The notes below the pieces were generated by a model. That model saw only the letters and a list, made by a program, of their open reading frames with translations. It was not told the origin of the DNA and did no database searches. From Octopus bimaculoides (Eukaryota), in the NCBI RefSeq assembly GCF_001194135.2, contig NC_068982.1, positions 125,313,924 to 125,377,923 on the forward strand: a DNA stretch of 64,000 bases, written 5' to 3'. Positions 40,077-51,543 of this stretch are shown one piece after another; the first letter of the stretch is position 1, and each line of letters starts with the position of its first letter. The translations under genes were made by a program, and so were the position numbers.

Positions 40077-42025
40077 AGCTAGAAAGAATGTTGAGGCACG
40101 GCTTGTCTGTCTGGTGTTTAAAGACTGGGACTGGTTATAATTTAATGAGAAAAACTTTAGTTTCACCCACAGGTTTTTGTATAGGCTATATATTTTCCAT
40201 CCTTTCAGGTATGTCAAAAATGTGTATTGAAGCATGACATGATATCAAATGTTTACAAAGAGGAATGCCCAAACAATGAAAGAAAGAAAAAAGGTGTTTC
40301 TAAGTACATAGTTCATGAGAAACAACTTCATGATCTGCTCAAAACTGAAGAGTCATTAATTTTAGAGGCGGTCAAATGATATAGAAATAAAAAAATAATT
40401 TTAAATGATATACAAACGAAAATAATTTTAAATGAACTTACATATTTATATCTGTTTGTTTAGCGCGGCTTCGGGTAATGTGATTTCCCTTAAGTCAGAA
40501 ATTAAAGGAACAAAAACAGGGGAATGAATAAATAATAATCACGTGGAGGTTTATTAAAAAGGGACCAGTAAAGTTCACTTGCAGCAATTAATTAGTTATT
40601 TTTGGTGAGGTTGAATATAATCAAAGGGGCCGACAATAATCAAAAAATTGTCGAGTTATCAAGTTTTAAAAACAAGGGAGGCGTTTAAGTGTCTTTTGTG
40701 TTGTTTTTAACTGGGATTAATAAATTATTAAAATGTTATATTGTCTATATTAACACCAATGTTGTTTTAGTACACGAGGTCCTGTAAAATTTTTTAAGTG
40801 CAGGCGAAAAATGTCTATTAGCTGCCTGAGAGTAGTAACTCCATACTGATCGTGTCAACTGAATGGTTAGAGAGAGGATTAATAACACTTAAGAGTGGAG
40901 AAAGAGACATTGAGATGATGACAATCGGACCAATGACAGAGCAGCATATCAGTGTGTGGATGTGTGTGCGGGAACAAATCTGGTACAGGGTAAGTAATTG
41001 TTTGTGTATGGCTGACTGTGACACAGAGAGAGATAGAGAGAAAAAGAAAACTTCATACACACACATAAAATAACAACACTTTCAATGGAGACAAAATGAA
41101 GTCTTGCTAAATTTTTTTCCTTTAAAGCATGTCAAAGGTTTGTTTGGCAGTGTGACGTATTTAGTTACTTGCTATTATATATATGTATATATGAAAACAA
41201 AAATACTTTTAATTTTGAGAAAGAATATTAATGCAAGTATTTTAAGTTTTAAAATAGTTGTTTTTAAACAAGAATGCAGAAATAACAGTGGTTTACAGAT
41301 AAGGATCCGGAGACGACGGCACATGTTAGATTACANNNNNNNNNNNNNNNNNNNNNNNNNNNNNNNNNNNNNNNNNNNNNNNNNNNNNNNNNNNNNNNNN
41401 NNNNNNNNNNNNNNNNNNNNNNNNNNNNNNNNNNNNNNNNNNNNNNNNNNNNNNNNNNNNNNNNNNNNNNNNNNNNNNNNNNNNNNNNNNNNNNNNNNNN
41501 NNNNNNNNNNNNNNNNNNNNNNNNNNNNNNNNNNNNNNNNNNNNNNNNNNNNNNNNNNNNNNNNNNNNNNNNNNNNNNNNNNNNNNNNNNNNNNNNNNNN
41601 NNNNNNNNNNNNNNNNNNNNNNNNNNNNNNNNNNNNNNNNNNNNNNNNNNNNNNNNNNNNNNNNNNNNNNNNNNNNNNNNNNNNNNNNNNNNNNNNNNNN
41701 NNNNNNNNNNNNNNNNNNNNNNNNNNNNNNNNNNNNNNNNNNNNNNNNNNNNNNNNNNNNNNNNNNNNNNNNNNNNNNNNNNNNNNNNNNNNTAGTACAA
41801 GACGAACGTGTCTCCTTTGTTCTAAGCTTCCAGCAGCAGCATTCTCAAAGACTCTCCAGGAAACTCAAGGAAGATACCATACATTTAGCTATGGATGTTT
41901 CGCATATTTTCATTGTATAGATATACATTCCAATTTCATATTGGGAGGCCGTTTCAAATTTATGGAATGGAAATGACAATCACAGCGTTTTTTTTGCCAG
42001 CTTTTTGCATCAACGTTAGAAATAT

Positions 42026-42066
<41 letters not shown>

Positions 42067-42995
42067 CATTCTCTTTCTTTCTGTCTTTCTTTTTCTCTCT
42101 CGCTCTCTCTTACTCACCCTCTTTCTCTTATTCTTTATCTATTTTGAATTTTCCCACTTTTTTTCCTCCTAACATTTTACGTTAAGATTAAGCAAAACTG
42201 AAGGATTCCAACAGTTGACATTTTGTATTTAAACAAATGCTAAAACAAAGTATTCCATATGCTTCTTCATATTTTCTTTTACATACATCTTCTATACACT
42301 AATACACATTCTGTTTTGGGACATCTGAACATGTGTTTTTAGTTAATTTTACCATTTCAAAGCCAAAGCTAGATTTTCTCACATAATTCCTCAATGCAGA
42401 ATGGAAATGGGAGGTATCTAGTCATTCGAGTTTAATTTGACATTTTTTGTTCTACGTCTCAGTTAAGCCAGTTATGACATAGATTTCTACAGTCTGACCC
42501 AAAATAGAATCGTCTCGACATATTTTCTAATGAAAATATATGCAAAAATATTTCACTCATATATTTAATGCAATAACTTACCAGGAAACCTAAAAAATTA
42601 TTGTCTTGTGAATGGAATACTCAGGAAAAAGTGATTGGCGGAAATATTTAGTTTGTTATTCTCGTATGATTCTACAAACCATGGTAGTCGATTGGATTGC
42701 TAGTCACTAAATGAATTGTATTTATTTTATGCCATCGGGAGTGATAAGACGTAAGTGGTCCTTTACGAGATTCGAGCTCACAGCATAGCAAAGCTAAATA
42801 GTATCTGCCGCGCTACGCCGCTCCGGGTGTTACCTTAATCATTGTTTTAATATCATCCTTTTCATGGCTCTAATATAAATATGATGCTCACATAAGATGA
42901 ACAACCAAATTAGCTAATATTTTTAGTAGTTGTTTAGTGAATTCAGTTAAATAATTGGAAGTCATCACGCAAGTTATAATATGGAGTAAACTTAC

Positions 42996-43012
42996 ACAAA
43001 AAGTTCAAACAT
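42996..43012 (-). CDS. inx: Candidate innexin first coding micro-exon, MFELFV
   Basis: ACAACA ATG TTT GAA CTT TTT GT|GTAAGT: good start context, consensus donor and phase 2. Splicing to 27007 gives MFELFVIGSILGGF and a 424-aa protein. No transcript evidence is available. Confidence 0.5.
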
Positions 43013-43364
43013 TGTTGTATCTGGAGATGGTCATTTTTTTTTCTTCAAATAACCACATGCACTATATACTCATTCTTCACTTCAGCTTGACGAAAGATTT
43101 CAGACAAAGGACACTAAAATAGGAATAAGATTAAAGCTAAAGTGCGTGTGGTTATTTGTCAAGAAAAGAAAAGAAACAAACCATCCCCGAATGCAACAAT
43201 ATCTGTTTCAACACATGGTTTCACATCAGGAATCTTGCAAAACAAATGCACAAACGTTCTACAAACACTTTTCCCTTTTATTAGTTTGGATCTCTTTCCC
43301 TCTTCATTACAAATGTATCATTACAGGTTTTGTGAAGCCGAATCTATTGAACACCTTTCTTATT

Positions 43365-43590
43365 TCTTTACTGCCCACAAGGGGCTACACACAAAGGGGA
43401 CAAACAAGGACATACAAACGGATTAAGTAGATTATATCGACCCAGTATATAACTGGTACTTATTTAATCGACCCCGAAAGGATGAAAGACAAAGTCGACC
43501 TCGGCGGACTTTGAACTCAGAACGGCTGACGAAATACCACTAAGCATTTCGCCCGGCGTGCTATCGTTTCTGCCAGCTCGCCGCCTTAAT
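43365..43590 (-). mobile_element. SINE family A, near full length
   Basis: Reverse complement of the 63103-63340 element. Further copies lie near 43935 (+), 46310 (+), 47340, 47880 (-), 49625 (-), 62690 (-) and 63760 (-). Confidence 0.87.
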
Positions 43591-43612
43591 TGAACACCTT
43601 TCTTTTAAGGCA

Positions 43613-43683
<71 letters not shown>

Positions 43684-44507
43684 CTTCCTAATAAACGGTT
43701 CCGATTTGTAGCACTACATCCTTCCTTCCGTATATATCCTGTTTTTCCCTTTGTCAACGTTTAACTACAAACTCTCTTGAGCTGATGAAACATCTCTTCA
43801 CACCTCAATCACATTTCCCACTAAATCATTCATACCAGACATACACCACATGTTTGGAAGCAAATGAGTGCACCTCAATGAAGTTGCTAGAACTGCTAAA
43901 AGTAGCGACCAAAGTAACGTCTTAAAAAGAAAAAAATGCGGTATTTCGTCCTTCTTTATGTACTGAGTTCAAATTCTGCTGAAGTCGATTTTGCCTTTCA
44001 TCCTTTCGGGGTCGTTAAATTAAGTACCAGTTGAACATTGGGGTTGATGTAGTCGACTCATTCCCTCCCCTAAAATTGCTGCCCTTGTGGCAAAATTTGA
44101 AATCATCATTATTATTATTATTAGGCAACTGGTTAACCATTTAACTTATTAACTAATCGATTGTTTGATTAATCACTCGGCCAAATCAACCAGGTTTATC
44201 AAAGTCCTTTCGTCACCATTCGCAACTTCATCAATGACATGCCCTTTTGTACTCCAAGTCAACTTCAGCCTTATTCATTTATGCTATATTATTTTTCTTT
44301 ATTATCTATTTGTCTATCCTCTCCCAGTCGTTCCTTGTTTTGTTTTTTTCTTTTCTACTACTCCTCCTTTCTCTCCCCGCCTCTGCCTTTGTGTACTTTT
44401 AGTAATTTGTAAAATTGTAGTCTCCTCTTTATCATAGAGCCTGTTCTGCTTGATTTCTGGTGCCACGATAAAATACTTCGGCCTTTTGCCGTTTTATGTG
44501 ATAAGTC

Positions 44508-44859
44508 TGTAGTAACGCCGTGCGCATGCGTAGTCTCACGCATGCGTGGAATTCAACATCCAAGCGTTCCCGCTTTATTCACTCTCTTTCTCGCCTGGCC
44601 GGCATTGAGCATGGACGCGTCAAGCCTTCTCTCCATCTTTCGAACTCACGCCAGACAGCTCACATCAACATTCCGGCGTCTCAGCAACCATGTTCTCACA
44701 CACAAAAGGCGTCTCAACAACCAAGAGTAAAGCTGTCTATTTACCACCATGAATAAATATTGTTGTGTTGATTAGTTTGGAGTTCTGCGTTCCGTTAATT
44801 TCTAATTTAATATAGGAAAGTAGGTGTACACCTAATGGTGTGTAACCACTATTCCTATA
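44508..44859 (+). mobile_element. Candidate 5' LTR of a truncated LTR retrotransposon
   Basis: Starts TGTAG (alternative start 44416) and ends CTATA (a decayed CTACA?) one base before a tRNA-Trp PBS-like sequence; CpG-rich, with AATAAA near 44753. No partner LTR was found. Confidence 0.5.
44521..44546. promoter_or_regulatory. Two GCGCATGCG-type palindromes (NRF1-like motif)
   Basis: tgcgcatgcg at 44521-44530 and cgcatgcg at 44539-44546 in a CpG-rich patch; function untested. Confidence 0.25.
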
Positions 44860-44860
44860 G

Positions 44861-44878
44861 TGGTGACCCCGACGCGAT
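44861..44878 (+). promoter_or_regulatory. tRNA-Trp primer-binding-site-like sequence
   Basis: TGGTGACCCCGACGCGAT versus the complement of the tRNA-Trp(CCA) 3' end as recalled (TGGTGACCCCGACGTGAT): 17/18. Confidence 0.75.
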
Positions 44879-45709
44879 TCAGACACGCAGCCCGCTGAGC
44901 TACAATAACAACTATTTCTATATAACTGATAACCAACATTCCTATAAGTCTAATAGACAGCATCCGGTTTAATACCGCCGACTAGAGCTTGGATGTTCAA
45001 TCTATTGCAAGAATTCGTATCAGTCATTCAGTTAAAGAACTACATAGCCTCACTTTGTAAATATATTTATTTTTATTATATTACAAGAAGTCATGAAAAT
45101 GATTCGTAGTTCTGGCTGACAAAATGACAAATGCATTATCAGAAAAACTTCGAGAGAGATATCTGGTGAAAGAGCTATTTCACCTCAAGTAGCCATCTCG
45201 TCCTTGATCATATTGAGTAGAGAAATGATTGGAGGACCCAGGACACCGGACATTTCCGCCTCTATAAATTCGAAAAGAAATGTATCAGAGAGGAGCCGAT
45301 ACTTTGTCAGTTTGTAATCCTTCACTTCTGTAACGATTTTTATGACTTACTCCCCCTTATTTTTTCAATGAAAGCTTAATGCGAGAATAGTCGTATAATT
45401 CAGCGTCTTCTTCGTAAGTTCGTAAATAAAATTTTGTTGAGCTTAGAATATCAAAAAAAAAACAAAAAAACATAGACTTTAAGCTGAAATACTTAGGGAT
45501 TGAAGCTGTGGTTACTGGCAACTTCTGTGGTACTTTTTTTTTTATCTGCCTCATGCTCAAACTAAACTTTAAAAAACAACAAAACAAATGATAAAAATAG
45601 CAAATCGGATCGAACAATTTATTCAACTCTATCCAAAGCCCATTTCTCTCTAGTAATCTACAACACACGAAGCAATCAATGTGTGTGTGCGTGCGCGTGT
45701 TTGCATGTA

Positions 45710-45780
<71 letters not shown>

Positions 45781-48700
45781 TCAAATATTCTTGTGACTTT
45801 TCAATGTCGCATACCGAACAAGGCCTATTTCGAGAAGGGACCTAATGTGAGTTGTCTCGCTTGCGTATGACTTACTTTCAGGTGTTTTAACACCAGGCGC
45901 AGTGAGAACATTTTCTCTTACGCCTAAAAACGCAGACGACCCACGAACTAACAACACACACACCTTATATATGTGTGTTCGATTTTGTTTATATACCACG
46001 AGCTGCTTCTAATTCATATTTGAATTTTTTCCGTGGCATGAAACGTTGGGACATGCCAGCAAATGGTTTTCAACCCATTTAGCATATGGTCACATTCGGT
46101 GACATAACTTGCAGCGGAGAGTCTGCCTACTGTAATTAAGTTGGACGACGTAACCGAACTTATGACAGATGAAGACGGAAAATAATAAACTGTATAAATA
46201 GAACGGTAAAATGAAACTGCGAGCTTTGGGGGGCTCGTAAGCCTTTTCATTTTAATAATTCATATTTTCATTCGTTAAAATGTACCCCACGTTTTGTACT
46301 GCATTTTGTACTTGGGCTCTTGCCGGTAGAATTGTTAGCATGCCGGAAAAAATGCTCATCAACATTTCTTCTGGTTTTACATTCTGAGTTCAAATTCCGT
46401 CGAGATTGATTTTTGCCTTTCATCCTTTCGGGGTCGTTAAAATAAGTACCGGTTGAGCACTTCAGAATTTCCGGCCTAGTGCCTATAAAAGAAAAGTTTA
46501 TTGTTGCTTAGCCTGTTAGAAATCGCAACCAAATTCTCCAGAACACCCCCCCCCCCGCCAGTGTCTTAAAAAAGAGAGCACATTGGACACTGAGTCATAG
46601 ACAAAGAGATGGGATGGTTATGTCTGGAGTATTTTGGTCATATGCCTGTGTAATTATAGTGACTAAAGGCTAAGCAACGAGTCTTGCGAAGTATTTCGCA
46701 TTTTATCACGATAAAGCTGGTGGATATTTGTTTACAAAAGTAATTAGAACACTTAAAACTCATTAAATAATATCGGCCCATGTTCAAACTGTAATTCTGA
46801 AAGAAGATATTGTTATTGAGAAATTCTTAGTTTTTTGACACTTCCAACATTAGCTGCCTCAACAGTAACTTGGTGGGTGGACACAATATTTGAACGATTT
46901 ACAATTTGTAGCTCGGTAACTTTTTAGTTTTAGGTTGCAATTATTAATTTCGTTTAATCTCTCCTAATTCGATAAAGCAATAAAATAAACTGCAGTAAAG
47001 CATGTCTTCAGAATCACACCAGTGATAAATGAGTCTGGTGGCAAACCGATTCAATAGTTTTATCAGTCAGGTAAAAACTGCAATCTGAGAAACCTGGTTG
47101 ATGGTCACCAACGCCAATAATTAATTCAAAGAATTTTTTTTTTTTTTTTTTTTTTTTGTCACATGTCACTTCTCACTTCTTGACTTGAAGGGAAGGGCAG
47201 TGCTCATAGCCCTTCACAGGGCCTCTAAGGTCAGACGAAAGAAGAAAGGAATAATCTGGTCTAAAAACTTGATAAAGGCGTCTAAGGACTAAGTAGGGTT
47301 GTTAAGCCAGGCGACGAATTAAGACTGTCATCCGAGTAAGCCATGGTGGGATTTGAACTCAGAATTCAAAAAGCTGGAACAAATATTGCAAGACGCTCTA
47401 ATCATTTCACCACTTTACCCTACTGAACTGGTGTTATAGTTATAAACCCCGAAAGGATGAATGGCACAGTTGATCCTGCCAGAGTCGACTTTGCTCTTCA
47501 GTCTTTCAAGGTTGATAAGATAAAGGTTCAGTCAAGTACAGGGCTCGATGGTATCGATTTACTCCTCTCCTCAAAATTCTGGTTTTGAGCCTAAATTAGA
47601 AACCGTAACAAAACGTATGTTACCTACCGGAGCAGATACTGCAAGGCATCTAGATAGATTCTCAGACAATTCTACCACTTGATCGCCCGATATTCCTCTT
47701 TTTAAGACAATAGTCGTGATTTGAGGACACTTTGATTGATATTTCTAGCAAATCGAACGATCACATATTTAGTTTACCTACCTACCTACCTACCTGCCTA
47801 CCTACCAGCATACCTACTTACCATGTCGTCTGCAGACGAACACCATCAACCACTTGTCTCCACAACTCCCTCTCCCCACACTGATTACAAATTTTGGCAC
47901 AAGGCCAGCAATTTTGGAGGAGTTGGTAAGTCGGTTGTATCGACCCCAGTGCTCAACTGGTCCTCGTTTGTCAACCTCGAAAGGATGAAAAGCAAAGTCG
48001 ACCTCGACAGAATTTGAACTCAGAAAATAAAGACGGGCGAAATGCGCTAAGCATTTTGCCTGGTGTGCTAGACCAGAGTCTCAACCAGTTAGTTAATAAA
48101 TATTCTGGTATTAACGTATGTTAATTATAGAATATATTTGATCATTGCAGTCTCTAAGACTAGTAGAAGGAACAGGGGAAGTTATTCTCAGATCAAAGAC
48201 CAGACCCGAATGCTTGCAACAGAAGGGAATCCGCTAAAGGCACACAAGACTCGTGCGGTGGTGATGAACCGATCGACGGATTATGGCCACTAAATACAGA
48301 AATTAATTCAAGCTTCTGTAATTCGAAAAATAAGTCACAAGCTATCTTCAGCGTGTCGACAGTGCAGATGGCTGTGTTGATAAAATACCGGAGCACTAGT
48401 GGTCCATATCCTGTAACAGGTGTGAAAATATGTGCTCAAAGTCCGAAGCACCCAACTGGAAGTAGATAACGTAGATTATGTGGTCCACTAAGTTGAAGGG
48501 AAGGGCACTAAATATGTGATCGTTCGATTTGCTAGAAGTATCAATCAAAGTGTCCTCAAATTACGACTATCGTCTTAAAAAGAGGGATATCGGGTGATCA
48601 AGTGGTAGAATTGTCTGAGAATCAAACTTGATGCCTTGCAGTACCTGCTCCGGCTCTTTTGCATTCTGACAGCAATGCTCGTGACAGCACTGGTACTAAA

Positions 48701-50527
48701 CTGTATCAGCCCAAGTCGGCGGCTTTTCCCTTGAAAAAAAAAAAAAAAACCCCATCGGTAGCGTGGAGTGGAGAGACATGCTTAGGACATTGCTAGTCTT
48801 CTTCAAGAACATCTTGCACATACCTGTACATACTTGTGCACATGCATAGTCAACATTGATCTGCGGAGATCATACGAAGATAACCTAGTTTCTAAACTTG
48901 TTTAGAAAGCGCTTTACATATGAAAACCTATTAATGTATTATTACCATTCTCTGTATTCTTTAGAATAATTGCATTGCCAAATTCTACTACTTGTCAACA
49001 GTGGGAGGTGCGTATATAAGTTGTTTTATATTTTTCAATTTATATTTTTTCAATTTTGCATACTGAAGTATAATGGTGGTGGTGGGGGGGAATTAAAATG
49101 TTTTTCCTGTCGAGTCCAGTGGTGTTTTAGTGAGAAGATTGGTGGAAGCAAGATCGTGACCCGAAACTTCCTTCCTTGAGTCATGTGACATGTGCATGTC
49201 ATACCAATTAACACACGGCTACAATTTGCTTAATCCTGCAAAACAGGTTACATTACGCACTTTTATTTATTCTCTGAGTGCATTCACTGAAAATACCAAA
49301 TTTGACAATTTATGACTCACACAAACTTACAAGGTACCTCAATTTTGACAGTCCCCTTTCTTGAGCCACTTTCGTATTCTTATTTTTATAGGACGTAAAT
49401 TTATTTCTTGGAACATTTTACTCGCAAGAAGTGCTGCAAAATATGGTAGTCGCAACATCATTGCTTGTTATATCTACAACTACTTTTAGGTTTATTCTAA
49501 CACAAATTCGTATCAGCTTGTAATGCTCGCTTGCCATCACAAACTTACAAGGCATCTCAGTTTCGACTGTTCTTTTCTTGAGCAACTTCTCGGGAACCCA
49601 AATCGTAGCTTTGCATTTATAAGACGCACAAGGCCAGCAATTTCGTGAGATTGGGTAAGTCGATTATATCGACTCTAGTGCTAAACTAGAACCTATTTTA
49701 TCAACCGCAAAAAAGGATGAAAGGAAAAGTTGACCTCAGTGGAATTTAAACTCAGTGGGTAAATACAGACGAAATGTCGCTAAGCATTTTGTTCGGAACA
49801 TTTTCCCTAGGAAAATATGTTCCTTGTAAATCCCCAATATTGTAGTTGTAACATCACTGCTTGCCTCAACAATTTTTGGTTTATTCAAACACAAATTTTT
49901 ATCAGCTTCCAACGCTCGCTTGTCAACTCATTTCCTGTGAAGGTAATTAGTAACTTTTTCTGATAATGGAAAGCATTCTGATTTGTTGGATCTGCGCATC
50001 TCGTAAGACTGTATTCTACACGCCAGTCATTTTATGAAATTCCAGATAATTAAGAACACTTTTGTTCAGGTTGTATATAGCCAGCGACTGATTTGTTCAG
50101 GTTGGCGTGTTTTTAGGCGATAGTGAAATTTAAACTATGTGTCACCACATTTTAAATGTATAGCTAGACCTATTTCTAGAATATACGTGTCTAAGGATAG
50201 TTAACCATCAGAGAGAAAGAGAAAAGAATTTAAGTCACCACTCATGAGTGAGCAGCTTACATTGAGCTTATTTGGCAATATAGTATGATAACGTCTATGT
50301 CATTGAAACAACAAATATTTCTAAAGAATCTGAAATAAAAGAGAGGGAGAGGGAGAAAGAGGGAGGGAGAGAGAAAGAGAAAGAGAAAAAGAACGAAGGA
50401 GAAAAGATTTACGGACATATGGAGTAGAGTTCTCATATAAAGAGCAATACATACATAATGTATATGTATGTGTGTGTGTGTATATACACAACTATATATA
50501 TATTCATATGCATACATTTATATACGT

Positions 50528-50560
<33 letters not shown>

Positions 50561-51130
50561 NNNNNNNNNNNNNNNNNNNNNNNNNNNNNNNNNNNNNNNN
50601 NNNNNNNNNNATGTATGTATACACATACATACATACATACAAACATCTTGCCTGGTTTTGCGAGCGAGCGGAGATTTACGGCAATGAGCACAAAAAGAAG
50701 ACAATACGAGAAGAACTAGTTTCAACACGTAATGACATACAAAATGGCGACAAGTACTGTCGGGTTTTATTATTGGATCGATCAAGTGCAGCGGTTGACA
50801 GAATAGTTTGAGTAATTTATACACATATAGAATTTATTCTTACGTAATCATTGTCGGAAAATACCAGCAAATGGTTTTTTCGCTGTTTGTATACAGTCAA
50901 AGACTGGCGATTCAGTTCGCCTCTAATTCGGTTCAGATACGTGATGTTGATAAGCCACAAAATGGCGAAACATCGATGTCCATTACTCCTGAATAAGATT
51001 TTGGGGATGAGTTGTCTCGCCTGTCTATGACTTTAATGTGTTCTAACAACCGGAGCTTTGAGAGTCATCTCTACCGCGACAAATGGCAGCCTACCGGCTG
51101 ACCACATTCGCTGAGTATGTGTGTTCGATA

Positions 51131-51162
<32 letters not shown>

Positions 51163-51465
51163 AATATTTGTTTCGTCTTTAAACTGTGGCCATGCTGATA
51201 TGTATGTTTATGTGTCTTTGGGTTTGTGCCCCATACCCCAACCACTTGACAACTGATGTTGGTTTGTTTATATCTTCGTAATAGCGGTTTGGCAAAAAGA
51301 ATACTCTAGTGTGGATCTTATTTGAGCCTTGTATATAGCCAGCGACTGATTGCAGCTGACGTATATCATGAACTCTAAAGAAAAATCCTGGTCTTTGTGA
51401 TCTAGTTAAGGCAACTTCATACATATGTGAGGTCGCCAAGACAAATAGTTAGAGATTGTGAAGTT

Positions 51466-51543
<78 letters not shown>

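Noticed and set aside
28960-42682. Strong minus-strand donors at 28960 (TAG|GTAAGT) and 42582 (CTG|GTAAGT) as innexin coding first exons
   Set aside because: The nearest upstream ATG frames hit stop codons. They could only be non-coding leader exons, which cannot be judged here.
44664-44671. Further phase-2 ATG-donor match, ATG TTG AT|GTGAGC (MLM)
   Set aside because: Only 8 nt long and inside LTR-like sequence; easily a chance hit.
44611-44726. Plus-strand ORF MDASSLLSIFRTHARQLTSTFRRL... resembling a mitochondrial targeting peptide, with a possible donor GA|GTAAAG
   Set aside because: It lies inside the candidate LTR, the donor is weak, and its phase does not fit the only exon-like segment downstream (48192).
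47822-47824. ATG|GTAAGT start-codon-only exon
   Set aside because: It is phase 0, incompatible with the phase-2 acceptor at 27007, and it sits beside a (CCTA)n repeat.
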